Below, piece by piece: positions 1 to 9,612 of a stretch of 64,000 nt of DNA. The translations under genes and the position numbers were made by a program. The DNA is from a virus: the IMG/VR virus record IMGVR_UViG_3300029258_005404; one strand, 5' to 3'. Under the pieces are notes generated by a model. That model was not told where the DNA came from, made no database searches, and saw only the letters and a list, made by a program, of their open reading frames with translations. Position 1 is the first letter of the stretch, and the number at the start of each line of letters is the position of its first letter.

Positions 1-1273
1 GAACAGCAACTCCGATACCTGGCCCCTCCGGAGTATGAAGAGGATCAAAGTAACCTGCTTCACTATTGGATATTTGCCTTGTTTCATTGGTAATAGCATT
101 TGATGTTCCTATACCACCTTCACCCATAATGGTATATTTATTACTTTCACCAATAATTGACATAATATTTGTTTGATTTGGAGGGTTTGAGAGCTGACTG
201 TTTGTGAGTACTCCGACAACGAATGGGTCAAATACCTGTGAACTTATTGATTTATTTATGGTATGATTTTTCTTTAGCTTGTGTTTGATATTATTAGTAA
301 TCTTGCCACTATTTTTAACAAGCTTCTCTCTAATATGATCTTCAACATCAAAAAATGATTTAAAAACAAGAGATTCGCGGTCATCACCATCAAGTTTACC
401 TGAGTGGATATCAATTATTTTTTTTGAAGCATCGAGAAGAACGTCTTTATTGACATTTTTATACGCTTTGCCGAGAGTTATCTTTGTTGTTTCGGGGTCA
501 AGTCCAGTTTCAAAAAGTCTGTCATTTATTTCTTTTTTGATAGTTTCTGGTCTCGAGCCTACTGCAGGAGCCCTGCCGAATATTGCCTCATATAATTTAT
601 TCTGATCTCTGGTCTCATGCTTATCATATGCTTTTGCATTGGCTTCATAAACTTGCTCGCCCCATCTTTCAACCAGTTCATTTCTGGTAACACCAACAGC
701 TTTAAGCGCATTAATTAGAGGAACATTCTTGCTACCATACCCCATAGTGAAAGTCTTTTTTTCAGGGGAAAAATTTATTTTGAAATTATTATTAAAACCC
801 CTATCGAAGTCAATTGTTTTATCAACATTGAAAAATGAACTGATTTCTCCATTTGCTTGTTTTTTGGTATATACGCCAGGCTTTAATCTCGACTGTTTAG
901 TAAACTGGTATTCATTACCTTTTATCAAATACGTTCCACGATCAGTTATTTTAGGAATGGTAGTAACTTTAATACTTGGAACATGATCTATTATTTTTCC
1001 GGTTTCTTTATCAATTACAGACAAATCAGCGCGTAAATCGTTAGCCCATATCTTTCCTTTGTTTCTTACTGATTTCTGAGAAGATATGTCTTTATTATTA
1101 TATTTTTCATCAACCCATACCTTATTAACCTGTAATTTAAAATCGTTATCTTCTACGGATTGTAGTATTTTTTTTACTGTATCAGACACGGTCACGTTCA
1201 TGAGCGTGTTGTTTCTCGCATCAGCTTCCATCTCTGATAATTTACGAAGAACGTTCTGTTCTTTTGTCGGCAT
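1..1273 (-). CDS. rpoB: Phage-encoded DNA-directed RNA polymerase beta subunit, N-terminal part (runs off the window edge)
   Basis: Manual translation from ATG at 1273 gives 424 open codons with no stop. Motifs match bacterial RpoB: IPKITDRGTYLIKGNEYQFTKQSRLKPGVY (cf. IPLMTxxGTFIINGxERVIVSQLHRSPGV), DDRESLVFKSF (cf. DDIDHLGNRR), and NQTNIMS...GEGGI...FDPLHTPEGPGIGV (cf. DQTNPLS...GPGGL...CPIETPEGPNIGL). Absent from the ORF track. Confidence 0.9.
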   Translation of the reverse strand, partial: MPTKEQNVLRKLSEMEADARNNTLMNVTVSDTVKKILQSVEDNDFKLQVNKVWVDEKYNNKDISSQKSVRNKGKIWANDLRADLSVIDKETGKIIDHVPSIKVTTIPKITDRGTYLIKGNEYQFTKQSRLKPGVYTKKQANGEISSFFNVDKTIDFDRGFNNNFKINFSPEKKTFTMGYGSKNVPLINALKAVGVTRNELVERWGEQVYEANAKAYDKHETRDQNKLYEAIFGRAPAVGSRPETIKKEINDRLFETGLDPETTKITLGKAYKNVNKDVLLDASKKIIDIHSGKLDGDDRESLVFKSFFDVEDHIREKLVKNSGKITNNIKHKLKKNHTINKSISSQVFDPFVVGVLTNSQLSNPPNQTNIMSIIGESNKYTIMGEGGIGTSNAITNETRQISNSEAGYFDPLHTPEGPGIGVAV

Positions 1274-1318
1274 CGACAGCAACCTTGGTTATAAAAACGA
1301 AAACGAGGTTATATAGAT

Positions 1319-1347
1319 AATATAACATTAATGTATGATTACGGCAA
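1319..1347 (-). promoter_or_regulatory. Sigma70-type promoter upstream of the RNAP beta gene
   Basis: Minus strand reads TTGCCG - 17 nt - TATATT with an extended -10 TG motif, about 45 nt upstream of the ATG at 1273. Confidence 0.55.
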
Positions 1348-1449
1348 ATGCCTATGTGATTATCAAAAAAAATCTGATATAACAATTATAGAAGATATTA
1401 TTTCCCAAAAAGTATCCACTAACCTTTTCGTGTAAGGAGATAAGAGTAT

Positions 1450-2043
1450 ATGAAATGTTTCACCTTCGTCCATGGCGCAATTCATGAGGGTATTCAAATT
1501 AATACCCAAGGCGGCTTGCATGTATTTCTTGGAGAGTTGGGAAGCGGCTCCGGAGATAGATGTAAAGCTTGCAGATTAGAAGTAAGCAAGGACGATCCTC
1601 CCCAAATTGAAGACAATGTCTTATTAAATGCGTTTGCGGGTATTTCACACCGCAGCGAAAGATATGCACTCATGCATACCGATCAACTAAGCAGCTCTGT
1701 TTTGCTAAGGATAAACACGTCCTGCCCCGAACCCGCTAGACACGTTAAAGGTAAGTGGTTTCAGGTATTTGGGAAATTGAATATAGTGGAATTCGGCAAA
1801 GGACCGGCATATATCGATTCAGTAATTGTACTGAAAAGTGGATGCTCAGTCATAATTACTGAAGAAGGTGGGAATAAGTTTCTTGTAACTAATTACAAGG
1901 GTTCGATGGTCTGTTCTGAAGTTAAACAACAAGTGTGGTTTGAAGACAGACGTAAAAAAAAGAGAAAAGTTCAAGACGACCGCACCCCCGAAGCGGTTGG
2001 TAGTGAGAATATAGATGAGGCGGTTTTAGCCGACCAGGAATAG
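1450..2043 (+). CDS. Hypothetical protein
   Basis: 197-aa ORF with AAGGAG SD upstream, followed by a terminator; no recognisable motif. Confidence 0.7.
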   Translation: MKCFTFVHGAIHEGIQINTQGGLHVFLGELGSGSGDRCKACRLEVSKDDPPQIEDNVLLNAFAGISHRSERYALMHTDQLSSSVLLRINTSCPEPARHVKGKWFQVFGKLNIVEFGKGPAYIDSVIVLKSGCSVIITEEGGNKFLVTNYKGSMVCSEVKQQVWFEDRRKKKRKVQDDRTPEAVGSENIDEAVLADQE

Positions 2044-2106
2044 AAAGGGGGAACATATGTTATCACTATACTTTCTTCGTATAAGATGGTAACTTAATAT
2101 TTTTTT

Positions 2107-2135
2107 AGGGGAGGACGATTCCTCCCCTTTTTTTT
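2107..2135 (+). terminator. Rho-independent terminator (possibly bidirectional)
   Basis: AGGGGAGGA-cgat-TCCTCCCCT hairpin flanked by T runs. Confidence 0.8.
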
Positions 2136-2140
2136 ATCTA

Positions 2141-2503
2141 ATGGAGGATATAATGAGTAATGATTTATTAAAATATGCTGAAAAAATGGCAAATCCTGCT
2201 ATTGTCGTTCAATCAGTTTTCAATCTTACTAAAGAAGAGTGGGCCTCTATTTATAAAACAATCGGCATTGTTACAAAAAAAATATCAGAAAAGATAATGC
2301 CTGTAAGCACAACTTTTATCGATTTGCTTGATAATAAAGGAAAGTGTCCTGGAAATTATGGTAAAGAGCATGAATTGGCTCCATCTTCTAAACTTGATAC
2401 AAGTATTAAACCTGAATGCTATATGTGTGTTCATTGTCTTGAAAAATTTAAAATGGCAACCAGTACAGATAAAACATTTTTCCCGGAGGAGAAAAAAAAT
2501 TGA
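2141..2503 (+). CDS. Hypothetical protein with Cys cluster
   Basis: 120 aa, CYMCVHC near the C-terminus; overlaps the start of the next gene. Confidence 0.6.
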   Translation: MEDIMSNDLLKYAEKMANPAIVVQSVFNLTKEEWASIYKTIGIVTKKISEKIMPVSTTFIDLLDNKGKCPGNYGKEHELAPSSKLDTSIKPECYMCVHCLEKFKMATSTDKTFFPEEKKN

Positions 2504-3036
2504 GCTCATACATTATTGATATTGAAGCAGACGGCCCAATACCTGGTGATTATAGTATGATTGAATTAGGGGCTATTAAGCTAACAGAAGAACTTAATGA
2601 GACCTTTTATATTGATATTAAACCTATGTCAGAAAAATTTTCTATTGAACATCTTGATTCTATTGGGCGCACAAGAGATGAGACTTTTAATTTCAATTAT
2701 CAGCCCCACCAAGCTATGTTGATGTTCAGAAAATGGATTGAGGAAACTAATACGAGGAACACCAGGCCAATATTCTTTTCTGATAATAATGGATTCGATT
2801 ACATGTTCGTACACTGGTATTTTATTCATTTCATTGGAGAGGATCCATTTGGTCATAGCTCAAGGAATCTTCAGGATATATTTAAGGGGATGAATTTCGA
2901 TATGAAAAATCGAGGATTTAAAAAAATGAGAGAAACAAAACATACTCACAATCCAGTTGATGATGCTAAAGGAAATGCTGAAGCGTTGCTTAAAATGATA
3001 AAAATATGGAATTTAAAAGGTATAAAAACAATATAA
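2500..3036 (+). CDS. DEDDh 3'-5' exo(ribo)nuclease, Rv2179c/RNase AS-like
   Basis: ExoI IIDIEADGP, ExoII DNNGFD, ExoIII HNPVDDA. Confidence 0.85.
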   Translation: MSSYIIDIEADGPIPGDYSMIELGAIKLTEELNETFYIDIKPMSEKFSIEHLDSIGRTRDETFNFNYQPHQAMLMFRKWIEETNTRNTRPIFFSDNNGFDYMFVHWYFIHFIGEDPFGHSSRNLQDIFKGMNFDMKNRGFKKMRETKHTHNPVDDAKGNAEALLKMIKIWNLKGIKTI

Positions 3037-3242
3037 TACAATATATTGTGCCCCAATATTTTGTATATAACATGCATAATATATACAATTTATAGTAATA
3101 AAAGCGCTTAAATTTATTATAAAATTAAAATTTATATTATCCATTTGTAAATTATGCCACAATATTTATTTGTTGACTTTCATTTACCCACGCTTTAATT
3201 TGTTTAATACATCTAATTCCAATTCTAAAAAAGGGTGGCTTT

Positions 3243-3533
3243 ATGAGTAATTTACCAGGTAATGAAGTCTATTCTCATACAATGTCAAACGGTGTTGTGT
3301 TTGATATTAGAGAGATACCCGGTTTTGGCGATAGAGCAGAAATCGGGTTTTTTATTAAAGATAAGTGTATCGGCACATTTGTGGTCGATAGAAAAAGAAG
3401 TGGCAATATTGATGTTAAGCCAACTATGATGCATCAACAAAAAATTGGTAATAATAATGATAAAGAGGATATCATTGATGGAAGTATTCAAGCTCCAAGC
3501 TTGAGTGACATTGCAGATTCAGAAGATGAATAA
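3243..3533 (+). CDS. Small hypothetical protein with acidic tail
   Basis: 96 aa, preceded by an AT-rich intergenic region and followed by a terminator. Confidence 0.65.
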   Translation: MSNLPGNEVYSHTMSNGVVFDIREIPGFGDRAEIGFFIKDKCIGTFVVDRKRSGNIDVKPTMMHQQKIGNNNDKEDIIDGSIQAPSLSDIADSEDE

Positions 3534-3542
3534 ATAAAAAAA

Positions 3543-3580
3543 AAGAAGCTCTTATCTTATCCGATAAGGGCTTCTTTTTT
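3543..3580 (+). terminator. Rho-independent terminator
   Basis: AAGAAGCTCTTATC / GATAAGGGCTTCTT stem followed by a T tract. Confidence 0.8.
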
Positions 3581-3624
3581 ATTTAGAAACTTTTCCCCCT
3601 GCGCGAAGGAGGTTCCCTTGTATT

Positions 3625-6600
3625 ATGTCTTCTAAATATAAATTAAGCAAAGGACAATTGAAAACTTTATTTGCATCAGCAGACATGCTGATGGAGGGTC
3701 AGTACCGCGAACTCTACAAGCGTCTCGGATGGCGCGAAGGCGGTAACAAAAATTTCCACTGCTGGAATACTTCAGGACACTCAGAAGGTGTCGATTCCCA
3801 CGCCTCCCTGTCAATAAATGAACAAACCGGTCAATGGCACTGTCACACTTGTGATATTAAGGGTAACTTTCAGTCGTACTGGCGTGATTACATTAAAGGT
3901 ACTGCTCCATACGGTGACCACTACCATGATTTCATTATAGACTTCCTCGGCATGACTGAGGGCCAATATACCGTCCCGTTCGCTGAGAGTTTTGATGATC
4001 CTAAGTGCGCTGAATATTATGAAGATTTATTAAAGCTTCATGCTAAGCTCGATGAAATCAGAAAAAAGAAGGGTGAGGGCAATTATGTCCTGAAAGATGA
4101 GTTGGTAGCCCTGGCAAACGAGGAATCATCTCTCCCGATGAAGCTATTGGACGTATGTGTAGAAAGATTACTCAATAACCCGCAGAAAATGAAATACCTA
4201 CTCGAAGAGCGTAAAATTAATGAAGATATGATACGGGCATTACGCCTCGGCCTTGATGATAGAGGAAGAGTAGTTTTTCCACAGATCAACGCCGAGGGTG
4301 AGCTGCTCAACATGAAACTGTATGACCCATGGTGCAGTGATAAGCGCTTTAAATGGCAATACAGCCACAAGGGCCGTGAAACATGTCCGACTCCCATGGT
4401 GAATTTCACCAACAACTCATTGCTCATGATGGCCGGGGAACCTGATATGCTTTGCGCTATCGGTTTTGGTTTTGAGAACGCTGTCACAATGGGTGCAGAA
4501 CGCAATACCGATGTGGTTAAGGTATTTGGCCGGGAAAGGGCGAAGCAGCTGTTCTCCGGGAAGGAAATAACGATCTGCCTGGATGCTGATGATACCGGGA
4601 AAGCGGCTGCTCAGAAACTGGCGCATTCTCTGTATCCGTTTGCGAAGCAGATAAAGATAATCAATCTTGATCAGTCGAATATAAATCCGTTCGGACTCGA
4701 TCCTGATAAAATGATTGAAGTTACCACTAAGAATGGGAAGAAGAAAATGAAGCGGGTTGAAACCGACTTCACTGATTTTATGAAGAAGAATGGGTTCGAA
4801 AACGATGCCAAAGAAAGATTTATTGAATTAATAAAAAATACCGAAGCGTATACAGAAAATATTGACCGTATTGAAAAGAAATTATACAAAGTAACTCTTC
4901 AAGAAAGTCGTATGTCAAAATATTATTCTTCTGATGAATCAAAAGAGCTTGAAGTTATTGCTGCTGTTGGGGAATTTAATGATAGCGCTTATCAGTATTC
5001 TGATCATTTTTGTTTAAGTTGCCCCCAAACAGGAGATCCAAGTAAAAAGCTGTATGCATCATGTAAAAAATGTTCAGTACCATCAATACCTGAATTTCGT
5101 GATAAGGAATATGTTGATTTCTTTTTAATAAGAGGAGAAATACCAAAAGAATATTCAGGATACCCTTCATGTATAAGTGTAAACGCTCACGAAATATTAG
5201 ACCTTATTGAATGTGCAGAAAGTAAAAAAAATAAAAATCTTAAATTGATATGCGGTATAAGCCCAACATGTCAGCAATTTAAAGTAAGACCGGTGACTAC
5301 TAAAAAAATACTCAGAGCAAGGCTCGCTAGAGACGTTTCTGAATATGGCGATAGTAGTGTTGATGGTTCTGCAGAAAGCACTTCAATAGAAATGGATGCA
5401 TATATTCTTGGTGATATGGATATATATCCTAATAAATCATATAAATTTACCGGCGTTCAAACAGTATCGCCTCAAACACAGCATCGAGTATTATACATAC
5501 ATAAAGCTGAGCCAATAACTACATCAATTGATAATTTTGTCATGGATCAAGAAATTCATGATATGCTTAAAATATTTAGACCAAAAGGTGGTGAATCTGT
5601 AGATAGTGCGCTTGACAGACGTTATGAGGTATTTGCTCATGCAGCAGGTGTTACCGGTAGAAGAGAAATGTTTCTTTTAAACGACCTTGCATTCTTTTCA
5701 TCAGCAGAAATAGATAATAAAAGATTATTTCCTAATTTAAAAAGAGGATGGGTTGAAGTCCTCATAGGTGGTGACACCAGATGTTGTAAAACATTGATTA
5801 GTAAATTTCTAATGAATTATTATAAATATGGTGAAATGGTTTCTGGATCAAGTGCAATAACAAGAGCAGGTCTTATGGGAGGGACAATTTACGTTGGTAA
5901 AAATCCTAAAGTATCTTGGGGAAAAATACCAATGAATGATGGTCGCTGTTTAATATTTGATGAACTCAGTATGATTAAACAAGAAATATTGAGTGATTTA
6001 ACCGATTGTAGATCGTCAGGTATTATTGATGTCACGACAATAAGCGGTTCTAAAAAAGCTCCCGCAAGAGTAGCAAAAATAATGTTATCAAATGCGCGAT
6101 CTTGGACTGGCGATAAGGCGCCTTCGTTTGGTAGTGGCATGAGTTTTCTTAAAAATCTCTGTTTTAAAGATGAAATATTATCTCGATTTGATATAGCGTG
6201 GATAGTAAAGGCAGGTGACATTAATTATGAAAAGCTTGATGATAATTATAGGCAGCCAACTACTGAATTTACTTCTTTTCAATGCAGATATTTATTGATG
6301 TGGGGAAAATCAAGAAAACCAGATCAATATATATATGAAGAAGGAATAGAAACATTTATAAATGAAAGTCAGAAAAAATTACTTGCAATGTTTCATACAA
6401 GTACGCAGCTTATAAATCAAGAGATAAGATTAAAAATAGCCCGAATGGCAAAATCAATTGCAGTAATGTGTTATTCAACTGTTAAAAATGATTGGGAAAA
6501 AGTATATGTTAAAAAAGAACATGTCGATTTTATTGTAAGACTGTTAATACGATTATATTGCCATAGAAATATGGGTTTTGATATATACTCACAACAACAA

Positions 6601-7050
6601 AGAAGTCAGGAAAAACTTGGCGATATGCGTTTTATGGAGAATATTATAAAATATATAGAACCAAGCTCTTTACTTCTTGAAGATGAATTTACAGACAAAA
6701 CACTTCAACAAATTTTTTCTGACTACCTTCAGCGCGTATGGGATGGGCAGCTTTCAATGGTAGATGCAAAAAATGATAAAATAAGAACTACCGGTATGAC
6801 TACTTCTCAAGGTCTGCCGAAATTGATTAATACATTAGTCTCGCGTAAATGTTTAATAAGGGTGCGTGGCTCGTACAGAAAAACACCTATATTTAATGAA
6901 TGGTTAAAAGATATGATAAAAAAGGAGAAAAGTGAAGAGTTGTCAAATATACTCGAAAATCCAGGGAATGAATCAAGTGCTGAAGACCTTAAGATCGTCC
7001 AGAACTTTATCAAAAATAGTAAACCAGATCAACAGGAATTACAAGGTTGA
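3625..7050 (+). CDS. Primase-helicase fusion: Zn-binding + TOPRIM (DnaG-type) primase fused to an MCM-like AAA+ helicase
   Basis: N-terminal Zn finger (HCWN...H...WHCHTC); TOPRIM motifs MAGEPD and ICLDADDTG; central Cys cluster (CLSC...CKKC). MCM-type motifs: GGDTRCCKT (Walker A), TRAGLMGG, GKIPMNDGRCLIFDE (Walker B), ARVAKIMLSN, LSRFD (Arg finger). Confidence 0.85.
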   Translation: MSSKYKLSKGQLKTLFASADMLMEGQYRELYKRLGWREGGNKNFHCWNTSGHSEGVDSHASLSINEQTGQWHCHTCDIKGNFQSYWRDYIKGTAPYGDHYHDFIIDFLGMTEGQYTVPFAESFDDPKCAEYYEDLLKLHAKLDEIRKKKGEGNYVLKDELVALANEESSLPMKLLDVCVERLLNNPQKMKYLLEERKINEDMIRALRLGLDDRGRVVFPQINAEGELLNMKLYDPWCSDKRFKWQYSHKGRETCPTPMVNFTNNSLLMMAGEPDMLCAIGFGFENAVTMGAERNTDVVKVFGRERAKQLFSGKEITICLDADDTGKAAAQKLAHSLYPFAKQIKIINLDQSNINPFGLDPDKMIEVTTKNGKKKMKRVETDFTDFMKKNGFENDAKERFIELIKNTEAYTENIDRIEKKLYKVTLQESRMSKYYSSDESKELEVIAAVGEFNDSAYQYSDHFCLSCPQTGDPSKKLYASCKKCSVPSIPEFRDKEYVDFFLIRGEIPKEYSGYPSCISVNAHEILDLIECAESKKNKNLKLICGISPTCQQFKVRPVTTKKILRARLARDVSEYGDSSVDGSAESTSIEMDAYILGDMDIYPNKSYKFTGVQTVSPQTQHRVLYIHKAEPITTSIDNFVMDQEIHDMLKIFRPKGGESVDSALDRRYEVFAHAAGVTGRREMFLLNDLAFFSSAEIDNKRLFPNLKRGWVEVLIGGDTRCCKTLISKFLMNYYKYGEMVSGSSAITRAGLMGGTIYVGKNPKVSWGKIPMNDGRCLIFDELSMIKQEILSDLTDCRSSGIIDVTTISGSKKAPARVAKIMLSNARSWTGDKAPSFGSGMSFLKNLCFKDEILSRFDIAWIVKAGDINYEKLDDNYRQPTTEFTSFQCRYLLMWGKSRKPDQYIYEEGIETFINESQKKLLAMFHTSTQLINQEIRLKIARMAKSIAVMCYSTVKNDWEKVYVKKEHVDFIVRLLIRLYCHRNMGFDIYSQQQRSQEKLGDMRFMENIIKYIEPSSLLLEDEFTDKTLQQIFSDYLQRVWDGQLSMVDAKNDKIRTTGMTTSQGLPKLINTLVSRKCLIRVRGSYRKTPIFNEWLKDMIKKEKSEELSNILENPGNESSAEDLKIVQNFIKNSKPDQQELQG

Positions 7051-7639
7051 TTGGAATTCGTGGGATGTTAAAAATGCAGAAGAAGTTCTTGATTTATTTC
7101 TCCAAAGAAAGCTATGCAAAAAAGTAAATGATAGAAAAGAGCAATATAATTTATTGCTTGTAGCATTTTGTAAAGTCGAAAATAATATAGGTGCTATGTT
7201 AAAATCAAATATAAAAAAAACGCCAGAATTAAAAAAATTTATGGTTACACATTCTATATTTGATGTTAGCACAAAAAAAAGAAGAGATTGGCTTCAGCGT
7301 ATTATGATAAATATTTTAAAACCAACACAAAAAGAATTGTATGAATGGTTTCATCCAAAATCAATTCCTGAAGAATTGCTTTATAAATTTAAAATATTTG
7401 AACCTGAACAAATAATTCTTGAAATTGATCCTATAAAAATTCAATATGGTATGTGGCGAAAAGGTAGTAATGGAAGATTAGTAGATCCAATACATATTAT
7501 ATATGAAGATTTTGAAGGCATAAAGTTTTTAAAACAGGAAGAGGTTGCAAAAGAACTTGCGAAATATCAAGAAATTGAAAGTGACCCTGTTATAATTAAT
7601 CATGATGATTGGTTAATAGAAGATGATTTACCGTTTTAG
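6932..7639 (+). CDS. Hypothetical protein with SSB-like C-terminal DDLPF tail
   Basis: GTG at 6932 with AAGGAG SD; overlaps the 3' end of the primase-helicase; ends IEDDLPF. The true start may be further downstream. Confidence 0.65.
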   Translation: MKSCQIYSKIQGMNQVLKTLRSSRTLSKIVNQINRNYKVDWNSWDVKNAEEVLDLFLQRKLCKKVNDRKEQYNLLLVAFCKVENNIGAMLKSNIKKTPELKKFMVTHSIFDVSTKKRRDWLQRIMINILKPTQKELYEWFHPKSIPEELLYKFKIFEPEQIILEIDPIKIQYGMWRKGSNGRLVDPIHIIYEDFEGIKFLKQEEVAKELAKYQEIESDPVIINHDDWLIEDDLPF

Positions 7640-7705
7640 TGTGATTACCAATGTGTTTTTGTAATAACTATAGTGTAGTGGTTAAATCTATTTCTTTCGG
7701 AGGAA

Positions 7706-8503
7706 TTGATGGAAAACAGCGAAAACAATGTGCTTGATTTTTTTAACAAGCATGGTGCTGAAGGTGCAGAAGCTGTCGAAAAAAGTTTTGATAGCGCTGA
7801 TTCTCAACAGAGAGTAAATTTAAATTATTCAGGCCGATACCGTATGAAAGTTGGAACGTTTGGCTATGTAAAAGACAATGTTTTCAAATCATTCCCAAAT
7901 ATGTACGAGAGTGCTAAGAAAAAAGCTCTTATGCTTACCGTATCATTAAGGGTTATTGATGGAACAGAACTTGTTCCAAAAGGCGCATCTATATTTCATA
8001 ACATTACACTGGCGCCGGCACCCGGGGCAAAACAGGAAACAATTCAGGCTATAGCCAGAATTTCAAAACCGCAACTTGTCGCCCTGTATGGAAAAGACGA
8101 TATAAAAGCCACTCCAAAATGGCTTATTGACAATTGCCTTCCTAAATTTGAACAGGATGGTGATAATTGGAAATTAGTAAAAGACCACAATCTTCAAAGT
8201 GAGGTTATGGTAGAGGTAGTTGATGATTATTATAACAATCAGGAAACTCTTAGAGTTAATTCTATAGTTCCTGCGAGCCCAATCGACAAATCGATTACAA
8301 ATAAACCAAAAGGTATTAAAGACATTGTCTCTTCTGCGCAAGCTGTGTCAGATGGTGAAGTTATTACTGATGACGATGCTGAAAAACTTGCAGAATCAGC
8401 GTTTGGTGATGATACCATTACACCTGATGATATACCTGATATACCTGCTGGAGAAGATGCTGATGAAGGGGTTGCTCCGGAAAGTACTACTGAAGATTTT
8501 TAA
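7706..8503 (+). CDS. Probable phage single-stranded DNA-binding protein (DUF669-like)
   Basis: Beta-rich core with GRYRMKV, long acidic C-terminal tail ending TTEDF, located in the replication operon; GGAGG SD. Confidence 0.55.
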   Translation: MMENSENNVLDFFNKHGAEGAEAVEKSFDSADSQQRVNLNYSGRYRMKVGTFGYVKDNVFKSFPNMYESAKKKALMLTVSLRVIDGTELVPKGASIFHNITLAPAPGAKQETIQAIARISKPQLVALYGKDDIKATPKWLIDNCLPKFEQDGDNWKLVKDHNLQSEVMVEVVDDYYNNQETLRVNSIVPASPIDKSITNKPKGIKDIVSSAQAVSDGEVITDDDAEKLAESAFGDDTITPDDIPDIPAGEDADEGVAPESTTEDF

Positions 8504-8531
8504 TTAACCACCTTTTTTAATTAAGGAGGGA

Positions 8532-9602
8532 ATGTTGATTAAAGGTTTGACCCACGATGATAGTGGGGCGCTCAACATGATTGAAAAATATAGGGGTAAG
8601 ATTTCTACTGGTTATGCTCCTGGAGAGGGTCCTAACAAAAAAAATCACCCTGTTGCTGCAGGTTTCTTTCGAATATTAAAAGAAATCACAGAAACAAAAA
8701 GAGTTGGGAATTCCGATGCTCAAGTTGTAATTAAAAGCTGGAAATTAAATGATTCAATACAGAAAAAGCTTGAAACAACTCTTAAAAGTAAAATGCCACG
8801 AAGAATTGAGCTGGTAAGTTTTTATCAAACAATTGATGAAATGTGGGAAAGCTGTCTTGCAATGTTTTCATCATCTGAAGGTTTAATGTGTAAAAGCCAT
8901 GGAGAAGGAACGAACGCAAGACAATTAACATTCACACCTGATGGTGATCGTGAATGGGTTGATAGAATATTTAATGGAAAAAAGGGATGCCCATACAAAC
9001 AGTGTCCTGATTATATTTCTAAAAAATGCAAACCCCTTGGAATGCTAAAATGTTTTCCAATTATTGATTTGACACCAAATCCATATAGATTCGAAACAAG
9101 ATCGTTGAATACTATAATGGGTATTGAATCATCTCTTACTAAATTATGGAATTTATTGAATGTAGCACATGCTATTAAACAAAAAGAAGCCAATAGCCTA
9201 TTAAAATTTGATGGGTTTTTTGGAGCAAAAATGTATTTAATTCATAAAAAAATAAAGTCTGGCGGTAGGGATGTTTTCATATCCGAATTATTGCCAACAC
9301 AATCTTTTATTGATGAGGTTATGGAGCCAATCAAAAGAGGGTTGGACATGAAATCAAAACAGGCAAAAATTGCAGCATCAAATGAAAGTATGTCATTACT
9401 TGAAATGGCAGAAACAGCATTACTTGAATCTGGAATCAATGATGGTACAGATGAAGAGTCTGTTCCATTAAGCATTGAAGACCAGCAACATATAGCTAAA
9501 GAATTTGGTGCTGATGCAGATATACATGGGCCTCAAGAAGAGGCTTCTCTTGATGATGTTAAGAAGGAAGTTGCTGAAACGCTACTTAATGAAGAGGAAT
9601 AG
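8532..9602 (+). CDS. Recombination directionality factor-like (Gp3-like) protein
   Basis: GKISTG...HPVAAGFFRI, GLMCKSHGEG, CPYKQCP...CKPLGML, YRFETRSLNT pattern typical of the phage Gp3-like family; acidic tail; AAGGAGG SD. Confidence 0.65.
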   Translation: MLIKGLTHDDSGALNMIEKYRGKISTGYAPGEGPNKKNHPVAAGFFRILKEITETKRVGNSDAQVVIKSWKLNDSIQKKLETTLKSKMPRRIELVSFYQTIDEMWESCLAMFSSSEGLMCKSHGEGTNARQLTFTPDGDREWVDRIFNGKKGCPYKQCPDYISKKCKPLGMLKCFPIIDLTPNPYRFETRSLNTIMGIESSLTKLWNLLNVAHAIKQKEANSLLKFDGFFGAKMYLIHKKIKSGGRDVFISELLPTQSFIDEVMEPIKRGLDMKSKQAKIAASNESMSLLEMAETALLESGINDGTDEESVPLSIEDQQHIAKEFGADADIHGPQEEASLDDVKKEVAETLLNEEE

Positions 9603-9612
9603 AAAAAAATTA

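Noticed and set aside
729-1316. Plus-strand ORFs 729-986 and 1086-1316 from the track
   Set aside because: Antisense shadows of the RNAP beta gene on the minus strand.
3173-3200. Sigma70 promoter TTGACT...TTTAAT before ORF 3243
   Set aside because: Spacer is only 15 nt and the region is very AT-rich, so chance matches are likely.
6932-7050. 119-nt overlap as a programmed frameshift extension of the primase-helicase
   Set aside because: The downstream ORF has its own SD + GTG and overlaps only a low-complexity tail, which is ordinary phage gene overlap.
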